A stretch of 63,826 nucleotides of DNA, the filler included, from Polymyxa betae A26-41 (lineage: Eukaryota > Protista > Endomyxa: Phytomyxea), in assembly GCA_003693705.1 (NCBI GenBank). It is 8 parts of 8 records of this genome, joined end to end, with 100 filler letters (N's around TTAATTAATTAA, not from the genome) between each part and the next. Parts side by side here need not be neighbours in the genome. Positions count along the whole stretch, not along the records: positions 37,914 to 42,295 come from RBZT01000020.1; positions 42,396 to 46,630 come from RBZT01000991.1; positions 46,731 to 49,871 come from RBZT01000028.1; 5 more parts are not named here. One strand, given 5' to 3'. This document shows positions 37,914 to 49,545 of this stretch, in pieces. A program made the translations under genes and the position numbers. The number at the start of each line of letters is the position of its first letter. The first letter of the stretch is position 1. Below the pieces are notes generated by a model. The model ran no database searches and was not told the origin of the DNA. It saw only the letters and a list, made by a program, of their open reading frames with translations.

Positions 37914-40900
37914 CAGCACTGTACACACTCGAGCACTTGACGTTAAAATAAAATGCGCGACGACTCTACTTCGCCTATTCACAGCATTACCCTCGCAGGC
38001 CTCGCTTGGCGTCGTCTTAAAAGATTAAGAGTCCCAGGCTCCACCAATGAGCGAACCCACTGTTGAACGCCACCTCGTTCCCGTATTCGACGGCTCCAAC
38101 TTCCAACAATGGCGCCAACGTATTGCCAACCTCCTCATCGAGAAAGATCTGGATGATATCACGGGGTTCGATCTAACATCCCTCCTTCCTCTAGCATCAC
38201 AACCATCTCTAACAGATAAAGCTAAAGAGGACCGTAAAGCCCGTGCCGCGATCCAGCACCGAGTCAATGACACCGTCCTCACCATCATTGAAGGATGCCA
38301 AACGGCCTATGACACCTGGAAGCTGCTGCACGGCACTTATCAACGTAAATCCACAGCGGCATCTGTCGCCGCGTTGAAGGCCGCCATCACTACAACAAAA
38401 GGAAGTCGGTCCATGCAAGAATACATCGCAGATGTCCAAAGCAAGTGCCGCCACTTACAAAATACCGGCGTCACCATCGAATCCCTTCCGGTTGCCATTA
38501 TGCTCGCCAATCTCCCAGGCGATTACTCCGAAGTTACCTCCGCGTTAGACACACTGGATACTGTGACCATGCAAAAGGCATCAGCAATGCTTCTTAATGC
38601 CGAAATCTCTAAGAAGAGCTCTTACTCATCGTCCACACCTATACCAGCATCCATCGCCGAACAGCTACAAAGTCTGCAAAAACAAGTAAACGCCTTGTCA
38701 ACGACGGCTAAAACGATCCCCCGAAAGCCATTTACTGGTGTCCCATGCTCGGTACACGGGCTGAGATCTACCCATACTGATCAGGAATGTCGACAACAAC
38801 AGAATAAGGACAGTAAACAACCATCTTCACTGTACTCTGTGCCCGCGTTATCGTCTAGAGTCAAACCACACGAGCAAGAAGACTGTTTCTACTTAGATTC
38901 GGGCGCTGGTAGACACATGGACTTCGATCGAACGGCAATGTCAGAGTATCAAACCTCTCAAGGTCCAATAATCCAACTTGGCGATAGTTCGACGATTGAA
39001 TCTGTCGGCCACGGTTCGAGCCATGTAACACTACAGTACGGGCGAGGAAAGATTTCTGATGTCCTGCACGTCCCGGATCTTGGCAAGAAACTCCTCTCCA
39101 TAGGGCAGAGCACGAACAAGGGTTTCAAATTCTGGTTTGACAGAGACTCCTGCAAAATCTTTGAAGAGGATGGATGCATTCCACCCACCGGGAATGTTAT
39201 TGCTGACGTACCCAAGACCGATGGCAATCTTTACAAACTTCAGAGTGAAAAGCCCATTGATAGTCCTGTCCAGGCAAACTTCGCAGTGAGAGGCTCGAAG
39301 GCCTCCCTGAAAACTTGGCACGAACGCACAGGACATCTGAACTACAAGGACCTCAAACGGTTATCCGAAGGTAGCGCCACTGGCATTCTCGTCGACGGAC
39401 AGATCTCCGACGATGACAATGGATTATGTGAGCCATGCATCCTTGCTAAAATGACCAGGGCGCCTTTCTTGAAAAGTTCAACAATTACCAATCGTCCTGG
39501 ACAGCTGGTTTTCTCTGACATAGCTGGACCTTTTCCTGTCCCCGGGATCTTCTCATCAGCGGTTTACTTCGTGACGTATCTCGATCACTTCACCAAAATG
39601 CCGAGGGCCTACTTATTGCAGCGGAAATCACAACAGTTTGAAGCACTAAAGATGTATAACCAAGAGATGTTTCGGAACAACGGTAACCATGTCTTTCGCT
39701 TAGAATCCTTCCAAAGCGACAACGCCGGTGAATACCTATCAGAGGAGTGTCAACGGTATTATGAAGAGCAGAACATCCACCACCAAACCATCGTCGCCTA
39801 CAATCCTGAATCTAACGGATCAGCTGAGCGTCTTAACAGGAGCATCATGGAGCTTGCAGAAAGTTTGCGACTCCAAGCCGGGTTGAGCAGTGAATTCTGG
39901 CCATTCAGTGTGGGTACAGCCTTGTACCTGCTGGCGAGACGACCACATTCATCGCTCCCTGGACGCATCACACCGTTCGAAGCTTGGACTGGGCGGAAGC
40001 CATGCATCTCTCACCTGCGAGTCTTTGGCTGCAACGCTTGGGTCCATGTACCGAAAGCCCTTAGACGGAAGCTCGAGCCCCGTGCGCGTCGAGCAATCTT
40101 CGTCGGCTACTGCGACAAACAGAAGGCTTACAAACTACTGGACCTGGACCGCCAAAGGATCGTGGTCAGTCGGGACGCCGTCTTCGATGAGATTTCCTTT
40201 ACGTTTGTCAGAAAAGCATGTGGAACGCCAGAGGACGTAGCCATCCAGAGTGCACCAAGCTGTGTTGTAAATGACGATTACGGAACAGAGCATCACGCTG
40301 CACAGCCGGCCGCCAACGAAGATCTAGACGACAATGGAGATTGGCTGGATGACAGCGTCACTCTCGACGACGATGAAAGGCTGAACTTAACATCGTTCGA
40401 TGATGATCTAGAATCGTCGTTATCGAATTCCCATGTGCTTGATGATACCGCGGAGGATGCTATAGGTACCGACATCAGGCCATCCACCAGCAGGGCCCGA
40501 CCTATCGAGACTCGCCACTCGACCCGATCGCGACCTCCAATCCCGCGGTTTGTCCCAGGAAACTTCTGTATCACCGGTAACAACGATGTGTCACAATACC
40601 AACGCCCGCCATTAGACGGTGTCAAAGCCTCAGCCGTTCCCATTCCGTCGTCGTTGAAGACTGCCCTGGATAACGAGCACTCCGGCCACTGGTTCGACGC
40701 CGCGCGTCTGGAGCTCGACACACTACGAAAATTCGGCACATTCTCATTGACCAGTCTCCCCACCGGTAGGAAGGCCATTGATTCCAAGTTTGTATTCAGC
40801 GTGAAGCCTCAACCTGACGGATCTGTATCTAAATTCAAGGCACGTCTAGTCGCAAAAGGGTTCTCACAACGACCTGGTCTTGATTATAATGAGACTTATT

Positions 40901-42295
40901 CACCTGTGGCCCACACTGAATCTTTACGAACCATCCTGGCTATCGCGGCACAACACCGGCTCTATCTCCGGCAAATCGATGTCGTCGGCGCTTACCTCAA
41001 TGGCACCCTGAATGAAGATCTTTATTTGAAACCGCCTGCCGGCGTTCTCGACCCAGCATCCGGTCATCTCGTTTACAGACTGCATAAGGCATTATATGGC
41101 CTAAAGCAGTCAGGGCGGGTATGGAACGAACGTGTTCACCGTTTCTTGACCGATCGGCTTGGATTTACACGCACGAAAGCCGACCCCTGCATCTATTCCT
41201 TGCGTCTGGGAGCTACGTTTGTCATTCTTGGTATTCACGTCGATGATATGCTACTGGCCCACAACTGCAATCGCTTATGCAATTCCATTGTCGTCAAGCT
41301 CGCTGCCGAATTCGAAATTACTGATTTGGGGACACCTTCCTTGTTACTTGGAATGCGGATCACACGCTGCGATGACACAGGAGCAATTACATTGGACCAA
41401 GAAACTTTCACGAAGGAAATTTTATCTCGCTTTAATATGGCCGACTGTAAGGCAAGCCCAGTTCCTGCCCAGCCACAAGTGCACCTTTCCCGTGCAATGT
41501 GTCCCCAATCTCGCGATGAAGAAGCTGAGATGAAGACCAAACCATACAAGGATCTGATTGGTTCTCTACTATGGTTAGCAACAAATACCCGTCCCGATAT
41601 ATCTCAAGCCGTTGGAACACTGTGCCGTTTTACATCAAATCCCGGCAAGTTGCACTGGACGGCCGCCAAGCATGTCCTCCGATATCTGTCCAATACGAGC
41701 CATCTCGGCTTACGCTACCAGCACGACTCCACTAATCCCGGTCTCAGCGCCTATTCCGATAGTGACTGGGCAAATTGTCCCGATACGCGACGATCGACAA
41801 CCGGCTTCGTTATATTCTACGGCGGAGGTTCGATTTCGTGGAAATCAAAGCTGCAGAAATCTGTGGGCAGCTCTTCCGTTGCCGCTGAATATCAAGCTCT
41901 CTATGACACGAGCAGAAACTGTGTTTGGCTCCGGCAGTTGCTGACAGAGATTGGTTTCCCTACGACAGGCCCCACAGTCATCAATGAAGACAACAAGGGT
42001 TGTATTGCCATCGCTCAGAACAACCGAACTGATGACCTCACAAAACATATTGAAGTTAAATACCATTACACTCGAGAACAAGTTGAAGCGAAGAAGCTCT
42101 CAATCCAGTACTGTCCGACAACTCGCATGGTCGCCGATTTCCTTACCAAACCCATCAATTCCCGCAAGTTCCATTGGTGTCGTGAACAGCTCGGCTTAAC
42201 ACCAGTCCTCTCGAGGGGGCGTGTTAGTTAGATACACCAGCACTGTACACACTCGAGCACTTGACGTTAAAAATAAAATGCGCGACGACTCTACT
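37914..42295 (+). mobile_element. Ty1/copia LTR retrotransposon, coding-intact
   Basis: The partial 5' LTR (37914-38022) and 3' LTR (42222-42295, starting TGTTAG after PPT GAGGGGG) are identical in their overlap except for one A. PBS is at 38023-38041. Confidence 0.97.
38047..42231 (+). CDS. Copia gag-pol polyprotein (Gag, protease, integrase, RT, RNase H)
   Basis: Motifs in copia order: FDGSNFQQW, YLDSGAGRHM, WHERTGH/CEPC, SDNAGEY, SNGSAER, KARLVAKG, LYGLKQS, HVDD, YSDSDWA. Confidence 0.97.
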   Translation: MSEPTVERHLVPVFDGSNFQQWRQRIANLLIEKDLDDITGFDLTSLLPLASQPSLTDKAKEDRKARAAIQHRVNDTVLTIIEGCQTAYDTWKLLHGTYQRKSTAASVAALKAAITTTKGSRSMQEYIADVQSKCRHLQNTGVTIESLPVAIMLANLPGDYSEVTSALDTLDTVTMQKASAMLLNAEISKKSSYSSSTPIPASIAEQLQSLQKQVNALSTTAKTIPRKPFTGVPCSVHGLRSTHTDQECRQQQNKDSKQPSSLYSVPALSSRVKPHEQEDCFYLDSGAGRHMDFDRTAMSEYQTSQGPIIQLGDSSTIESVGHGSSHVTLQYGRGKISDVLHVPDLGKKLLSIGQSTNKGFKFWFDRDSCKIFEEDGCIPPTGNVIADVPKTDGNLYKLQSEKPIDSPVQANFAVRGSKASLKTWHERTGHLNYKDLKRLSEGSATGILVDGQISDDDNGLCEPCILAKMTRAPFLKSSTITNRPGQLVFSDIAGPFPVPGIFSSAVYFVTYLDHFTKMPRAYLLQRKSQQFEALKMYNQEMFRNNGNHVFRLESFQSDNAGEYLSEECQRYYEEQNIHHQTIVAYNPESNGSAERLNRSIMELAESLRLQAGLSSEFWPFSVGTALYLLARRPHSSLPGRITPFEAWTGRKPCISHLRVFGCNAWVHVPKALRRKLEPRARRAIFVGYCDKQKAYKLLDLDRQRIVVSRDAVFDEISFTFVRKACGTPEDVAIQSAPSCVVNDDYGTEHHAAQPAANEDLDDNGDWLDDSVTLDDDERLNLTSFDDDLESSLSNSHVLDDTAEDAIGTDIRPSTSRARPIETRHSTRSRPPIPRFVPGNFCITGNNDVSQYQRPPLDGVKASAVPIPSSLKTALDNEHSGHWFDAARLELDTLRKFGTFSLTSLPTGRKAIDSKFVFSVKPQPDGSVSKFKARLVAKGFSQRPGLDYNETYSPVAHTESLRTILAIAAQHRLYLRQIDVVGAYLNGTLNEDLYLKPPAGVLDPASGHLVYRLHKALYGLKQSGRVWNERVHRFLTDRLGFTRTKADPCIYSLRLGATFVILGIHVDDMLLAHNCNRLCNSIVVKLAAEFEITDLGTPSLLLGMRITRCDDTGAITLDQETFTKEILSRFNMADCKASPVPAQPQVHLSRAMCPQSRDEEAEMKTKPYKDLIGSLLWLATNTRPDISQAVGTLCRFTSNPGKLHWTAAKHVLRYLSNTSHLGLRYQHDSTNPGLSAYSDSDWANCPDTRRSTTGFVIFYGGGSISWKSKLQKSVGSSSVAAEYQALYDTSRNCVWLRQLLTEIGFPTTGPTVINEDNKGCIAIAQNNRTDDLTKHIEVKYHYTREQVEAKKLSIQYCPTTRMVADFLTKPINSRKFHWCREQLGLTPVLSRGRVS

Positions 42296-42689
42296 NNNNN
42301 NNNNNNNNNNNNNNNNNNNNNNNNNNNNNNNNNNNNNNNTTAATTAATTAANNNNNNNNNNNNNNNNNNNNNNNNNNNNNNNNNNNNNNNNNNNNGTAGG
42401 AGACAAACGACACACCAGAGACGTTGCGCCTAACATACATACGAGCCAAGCAGCAAGCAGCTAACTTACAAGATTCCCTCGAGAATATGAGCGGCTGCTT
42501 ATTCTCTACTACAGCATTTGTGTTCTTGTTCAGGTTCTCTCGAGATCGATGACAAACCAGCGTTTGTACTTTCGACTTGGGCCCGTTTAGAACTACATAC
42601 GTCTCTCCTTTATGAGTCCCTTTCTCCAGCTAATTCCCAAGTATCAGTAAATAATAAAATATCAATATAAAATAGGCGAGATTAATTTA

Positions 42690-45445
42690 CCTAGCATACT
42701 CCAATTCGCTCTTAAAGTGATGTTTGATCTTCTGGATATCATCGGACTTGTGAATCTATGATATCAATGTGAGTCAAAGCTGCACTATTGTATTGCAAAC
42801 CAATATACCTTCCAGCAATGCGAAAAAATCATCCTTTTCGCAGAACGGGCAGTAAAACTTGATTGTGGTTGAAGAAATTGGTACAGATTCCGTCGGCGTC
42901 GAACTCTTCGTACAAATGTATAGTATCGTCGCTTCAGAAAAACAACACAATCGAGAATTGACAGTAGCCAATCGTCACCGGTAAAGCGGCCCTGTTCGCT
43001 ATCATCCAGCATTTGACCACAGAGATCATCGTGAAATGTTTTTCCCGAAGCTGGTCTCTCCAGAAACAGAAAGCCTTAGATATAAAATTTCAATAAAACT
43101 TTATAAAGTCGCTTATTGGTGAGTGATGTGGTTGACATAATTAAGTTTTGAGCACTGATTTGCTAGGAGTTGCTGTTCCTGAATATGATCTCCGAATATT
43201 TCAGTAAAATAGTTGATATCATTATTACAGTGATTTTGCAGGCAGATCAATATTGGGTGCACAATGTCATTGAAATATTTCTGTAAATCTTGAGAGCAAT
43301 TCAAATCCATCAGCTGAACTTGATCTCGAAGGAAGCGAATGCAGACCAGAAATGTTGTCTGTAACATTCGAGGTTATATAAATCAGAGATATAAATCAAC
43401 AACTTACCATCTGGAATCCTTTAACTTGATATCTCAGAAGGCAATCAAAATTGTTCGACAAATCTGGAATGAATATTAAATTGCGTGCACCAATATCGAG
43501 TACAATGGATTGTTCAAAGCCGCATAACGACTCAGGACAATCAATACGATTACAGCTGAGGTTGAACTTGGAATGACAGAACGGACTTCCCCATCGAGCT
43601 TCAAATATTCGCAGATCCTTCTTACAGCAGATTGTAAGACATTGTAACACTGGCAGGCAGGTCTCTCGTAGCATATTCTGAAAGCGTTTATACTTCTTGG
43701 TCGACGAACCATCTAGAATGAAGACCCAGCCAATCTTGCTGTACAAACAGGCAATCCGAATGAGTTTCTGCAATGTGTTCTTTGCATTGGCAATCTGGGA
43801 GATGTCTTTCAAAACCAGAGAGGAATGATTGACAGAAAGAGTTAACGGTTCGGAATTGCAGAGAGAATCTTCATTAGTCTTGAAAAACATCGTCCAACGA
43901 CTATCAGTGAGGAAAGCGTACTCTTCTGGATCCGGTTGTTTCTTCTAGATTGAGAAAAAAAACTTATAAAAAAGTTAATTTTGATCAGACAGACTTACAA
44001 GAAACCGACAGAGACTTTCGTAATCAACAATTTTGTCCACTGTACTGTCGAGCAACATGTTCAGATTCATCCGTCTCTCGATGTTTGAAATCGTTGATTT
44101 TTGCGGAATATTCGATTGAATTTGACCAGAGGAAGGATTTTGTTCAATGGGAGTAGAATTTTCAGGGAAAGATCGTTTTGCAGAGAATGAACTGATGATA
44201 ACTCGCTGCACTTTCGTTCTCATCCTGTGCTTCGTGAATCCGCAGGGATTCCCGGAACATTTCAAATAGAATTTCGAATGCTTGAATGCGAATCCCCAGC
44301 GACTCTGAAACCGTACGAAATTGTTCTGGCAGCAATCTACGACACATCGTAATACAGGCAGACATACAGCCCACATCCAGGTTCTTAGACGTGTTCCAAT
44401 CTTCTTGCGGGCCAAGAATAATTTCCGATAAAGATTGGCTATCAGAATCAATTTTGGTAATGTGTGTTTGGAGCGAGCGATCTCATTGATCTCATACAAA
44501 ATCAGTTGCGTATTGTTGATTTTGATAATCAAAGATTCGTCAACAATTAGACAATCTGGGGCGGTCGGCAGCTGATTAAAAGATTGCATTTCCTCAATAT
44601 TCGGTTGTTTCCTCTAATACACAGAATATTATACACAGGTCACTAATTGATACGAATTATTTACCAGAAACTGACATAAACTATTGTAGTCAGTAATATC
44701 ATTCACATTATGATCGAACTTATCACTGAAACTGTTAAACATAGCTGCGCTTCTAAGAGTGCGTTGCCGCTTTCTGACGGATGAACCATTATCACAAACA
44801 GCCTGGTTGATATTGTTACTGAGCAAAAATGAATGAATTTTTAGATAAAAGCAATACCTGGCCCTGAAGTGAAGATTCATGAGCATGAGCAGCTAAAGAG
44901 GGTTGCAGATATTGCCCTTCAGGTTGACTTTCAGATGCATTCGATATTGGGAGGGGTTCTGGTATAGTCTGCAACTCCTTAGCAATCAAATCCTATAGAG
45001 AAATATCAGTCTAGGTGAATGCGAACAACTGAAACCCATTCATACAGCAGAATCTCGTGAATTTTCAAAAGTTTTGTAAATGGCGGTAAGCAGGACATCG
45101 GGTGACAAAAACAGTCTTACATCAGAATCGAATTCTGATTGAAAAGATTCCCCCATACGGAATATCATGGACGAATCCTCTCTCTGAGAATGATCTTGAA
45201 CTGTATGATGGAACTTAGATAGCAACCAGCAAGAATCTTGAACAGGACGGATATCGGTCTCAATCAAAATCTATCATAGATGCCATTAGATTGTCAGTAC
45301 AAAAACGAGGGCAGATCAACGAGACCGCGGGCTCCTGGGCGACCCTATGGTCGTACTGGTCCCGGAGAAGCTTCGACAACGTCTCGACTGTATTTGCGGC
45401 ATGAGCAGCGACCAGAATGAGGACGAAGATGGCAGAGAGAATCAT
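42690..45445 (-). CDS. Multi-exon secreted protein with repeated Cys-rich modules and a distal C2H2-like finger (may be partly decayed)
   Basis: Signal peptide MILSAIFVLILVAAHA. Repeats are CLPVLRCVVDCCQNNFVRFQSRWG, CLPVLQCLTICCKKDLRIFEARWG and HPILICLQNHCNNDINYFTEIFG. FYCPFC lies near 42850. The exon structure was not fully resolved. Confidence 0.5.
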
Positions 45446-45734
45446 CCCTCTCAACGATGACAAACAGAGACCCAAATGACAGAATCATGACACTGATCAC
45501 GCAAATCGCGCAGTCCGAAAGTCGTTTCGCCGAGGAAGGCTGCGCCAAGGCCTCTGCTATTCATCATCAAAAATGGAATTTCTGATCATTTATTCAACTT
45601 TGTTGGCACCACTCTGGTATATTTTTAATTCTTGCCCTCGGGCATCCAAAGCGAATAAATTGTGAAATATAAAATCATTTTTTTTTATACAATAAGCAGC
45701 AGATATGTATGAGCGCCTCTTCAGCCTGTCCGAA

Positions 45735-46235
45735 AGTCATCTTGACGGATAACCGCAAGCGGTTACTGCCCGAAATTTCAACCGAGCTCTTTCAATCGGA
45801 CAGAATCGGAAGTCTCGGATTGAATTGTTAGCAAGAATTCCGAAATAATTTCTCTCCCAATGATCACAATAAATCCCTTGAAATATGCGTTCAGCGAGCT
45901 CGTCAGAAACAAGTTGTTCTCAGGAAGCGACTAGAATAATTCCAGACCTGGAATTAGATTTCCCTCTCCATGCCAGTAGGGAAGTATAAGAGGGTTTCCT
46001 CCCTTTTTATTGGGCGAGTGGCCAACCCTACATAGACAAGGCTTTCTTACTGCTGATAAATCGGCATGTTTGTCTCCGGGTTGGTGATCAGCTGACTTCT
46101 CCATTCCCTGCAAGTATCGATTCAGGTTTTTGGACGATCGATCTGTTGATATTCTCAGTTTTGTTCGAACTGCTGCATATGACAGAGTCTCCCGGACAGA
46201 GAGTAGCGCTGGAGGGCTCCACAACCATTGAGAAA
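45735..46235 (-). pseudogene. Possible decayed ABCG transporter fragment
   Basis: LSVRETLSYAA resembles ABCG LTVRETL.FAA, and downstream EISGSNRLRLSV resembles the GISGGER.RLSI signature. Confidence 0.3.
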
Positions 46236-46394
46236 GGCAAGAGGTGATAATCTTGAATTTTTTTCACAAAAATCAATATTGTAGTAAATTTGATCGACAG
46301 ATTATACTTTTGTGACGTCATCTTAAAAACTAAGTCAATAATAAAGTTCAGTACGATTTTTAGTATGTTCTAAATAGGAGTTATCACATAAAGT

Positions 46395-46630
46395 TTACTG
46401 AATGAGTAATTGGGTAGAATTTACTGCAGATAGAGCAGGACATTGTCCACTATGTCCAGGACAATATTTCCGTTGAAATTGATAATGATCTATATAGTCT
46501 CCAAATATATGAGAGAAATAATTGACATCATTATTACAATGATGTTCAAGACAGTATAATATTGGATGAAGAGAATCACGGAGATAATCACTCAGATCAG
46601 GTGATGTATTCAAATTCCGCTTTTTCAGTT
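46395..46630 (-). CDS. C-terminal part of a paralogue of the Cys-module protein (cut by the contig end)
   Basis: HPILYCLEHHCNNDVNYFSHIFGDYI matches HPILICLQNHCNNDINYFTEIFGDHI at about 43180-43260. Confidence 0.55.
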
Positions 46631-46730
46631 NNNNNNNNNNNNNNNNNNNNNNNNNNNNNNNNNNNNNNNNNNNNTTAATTAATTAANNNNNNNNNNNNNN
46701 NNNNNNNNNNNNNNNNNNNNNNNNNNNNNN

Positions 46731-46798
46731 TTCATACCGTTGCGGACAGCTTAACTCTGATTTTTTTTTAAGAGTTAAGCTGTCCGCAACGGTATGAA
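46731..46798. repeat. Perfect 28-bp inverted repeat with a 12-nt T-rich loop
   Basis: TTCATACCGTTGCGGACAGCTTAACTCT / AGAGTTAAGCTGTCCGCAACGGTATGAA. Confidence 0.95.
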
Positions 46799-47196
46799 CT
46801 ATAGAAATTGAAACTGCCCAGATAGGATTGGATTCGATTAAGTGCAAAACCAACAAGGTTTTCTGTTATTGAGGATATGTTCTGCCAGTTTCAGTCTCAG
46901 TTTTCTTCAATCAATCGATGCGAGATGAATGACCTGCAAATTCACGCGGCCTCTTGTTCTGTAACTTCAGATCTCGAACTTTCTATTGTTAGACTTCAGG
47001 CTTTACACCTGAGCACAGACGAGCCTGCCTAACGGAAAGCAGCTTGAAATTGTGTGATGAAAGTTACAGATTTCCTACAAGAGTAACGTGAATATCAGAA
47101 GTTCGCCCACCTCATACTGAGAGCTATTCCGTGGCGGGGGTCCACGGACTGCGAAGAAATCATGGTCGGACCCATTTCTGTCAAAATCACCCTCGA

Positions 47197-48250
47197 ATGA
47201 TGTCGTTCGTACTGGTCCTCGTGGCTGCGTCTATTGTTGGTCACGGCCTTGGTCATGAAGATGGAAACATTCTGCCGCAACCCACCCAATCCCACTTGGT
47301 GAACTTGGAAAGTTCCGATTATCAGCCCAGTCTGCTCACGTTTCCTGTATTCGTTACATCTGCTGACATCTAGTAGCTGCGGACTCCGGGCTTAATACAG
47401 CTTCTGAATCTGTTGCCGAGCATACAATTGATCTTGAACCGATCCAAGATCGTCCATCTACACTGTCACTCTCTCCAACTGTTGATGTTACAGCTCCTCA
47501 AGTACATTATGTTACAGTTCCACCAGCTCAATACGCTCCTATTCATGTTCAGCGAACCCTTCGAGACCGTTTGGTAGAATATACTATGACATTGTTGCTT
47601 CTATTAACCAAATATTTATAGTCCAGTCTAATCTCCGCATTTGAGGGAAATTTTGTACGTATCGTTCTACTTTTTCTTTTTTTGCAGTGTTTGTTTATTT
47701 CTTTTAAAAATTTTAATTACTTTTCCATTCTAAAACGTCTTGTTCCTGTTCGCAATACAATCTAATCTTGGTCGATAGTTCCGCTGTCTCGGAACTGCGA
47801 TGTTCGTGTTGGGATCCCTTCCGCCGCTCTTCGTACCCAGTTTGTTGCTCAATAACCAAATCAGCTCTGTTCAGCTCGTCAATTTGATCTGCGTCTGGAT
47901 TATGGCCGCATTCATCGGCTCTGCATCTTCTTTACTTCCATTCGCTGGTGTCCATCCCACTATGACTCTCTCTACGTCTATCACTTATTTTTCTTGCCCT
48001 TTTCCTTTCAATATCGTCAATTTTCTTTATTTTTTCTTACAGAATCCAAACTGTCATTATTTAGGATCAATGTGGGTACGTTCTTGCGGCCAGCTTATGT
48101 ATGACGTTCGTTGTTCTCGCCGTTGAAATGCTGGTGTCGGCAATGATAGCGCATCGCCTGACTGTTACAGAAGGTGTTGTCCTCCTTATTCTCTTCTGTA
48201 TTGTAATATCCGCGACACTTCACTGTGTTCGATTCTTCCATCGCTGACCT
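47197..48250 (+). pseudogene. Decayed signal-peptide plus multi-TM protein gene
   Basis: Begins MMSFVLVLVAASIVGHG. A Ser/Thr/Pro-rich frame continues after a frameshift near 47370, and hydrophobic segments occur at 47800-48250. Confidence 0.3.
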
Positions 48251-48678
48251 TTATAAACTGTAGGAATATTGGTCTTCGTTATTCTTGTTCTTTTATATTG
48301 TATAATCTTGAAATAATTCCGTTCATGAACTTCATCGAAGCTCTACTAAAAGTCCACGTTCGTTGTCCGATTCGCAATACTTCCTACCGCAATGAAACAA
48401 AAGTTTGAATATTTTTGCGCTGTTCCGATAAAAAACCTTGATTTTTCAACTCTTTTTTTTTGCTGAAAGTGCGACCTGGAAAAAAACTTCTGCTACTGGG
48501 CAAATTTAGCTTTAAAAGACCGTTAACAACGCTACTGGTGGAGATCCTCTTATTTTCACTGTATTTCGCTGCGCTATAATTTGATGAATTTCCAATCGGA
48601 TCGCGTGTCCAATCATCTTAGACCATTGTCTCTAAGCGATTCAGTTCTAAGCTGAGCCGACATCAGCTAAAGCGAAAA

Positions 48679-49545
48679 ATGGCCGAAGGCAGCAGTAGCA
48701 GGACCAGCACGACTGGTACCTGTCCATGCGCGGGTCGGTTGAACCGATTTTCAGGATTCGCGTTTCTGGATTCTATTGAGAATCAGGTTGATTGCATTCC
48801 GAAATCTGATGGCGTTTTTAGATCCGAAGAATGATGGCTGTCCATGCGGGGAAGGCTGCAAATGTGGACAGAAGTGCATATATGACGATTGCCCTAATAA
48901 GCTGAAACAGCATTCTGCGAAATCTGCAGCCGCCTGTATTTGCTTCGAATAATTTGTTTCTCTGGAGTTTTTGAAAAACGTTTTTCTTAGACCCTAATTA
49001 TGAAAAGAAGGAATCGCTAGCTGGATCGAGTTCCAGAAAAGCCTGTCCATGCTCTGGTACAGATTTACTCGGTTTTTCATATTTTTTTTTCGATTTTATG
49101 GAATTTGCTGTTATGCAGAAGGCTTGTTACTTGTCTTTTTTTGGATCCAAATGACTTGAAAGAGAGGTTTTGGTGATGATGTGTTTTTGCAGGTCCCAAT
49201 CAAACCGAGTGTCGATGCGGTGTGAATTGTGCTTGTGGAACATCATGTTCGTTTGCAAACTGTCCCAATAAACAGCAAACGAAAGCAGTCCAATCTCACA
49301 CCTGCGCCTGCTCAGGTAGAGTAGCATTTTCCTCTCTTTGTGATTTGGGTATCAAAAATCGATGTTGTATGTTTTAGAGCCAAGTAAGGACCGCTGTGAT
49401 TGCGGCAGGATCTGTGCCTGCGGTTTAGCTTGTATCTATGATAATTGTTCTAATAAGGCGCGAAACCTGTCAGGTACTTATCTTTGCCTATTTTAAACTG
49501 CTTTTTTTTTCAGAAAGTTTTCTCCCAAATCTCAATCTGCTCTGA
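48679..49545 (+). CDS. Six-exon metallothionein-like Cys-rich protein (161 aa, 24 Cys, three modules)
   Basis: Exons 48679-48733, 48822-48935, 48991-49056, 49193-49315, 49378-49473 and 49514-49545 are joined by GT-AG phase-1 introns and give an open frame. Modules are CPCGEGCKCGQKCIYDDCPNK, CRCGVNCACGTSCSFANCPNK and CDCGRICACGLACIYDNCSNK. Confidence 0.8.

Noticed and set aside
46731-46798. Perfect hairpin as a functional RNA or terminator
   Set aside because: It begins exactly at a contig edge, so a fold-back or assembly artefact, or a truncated MITE, cannot be excluded.
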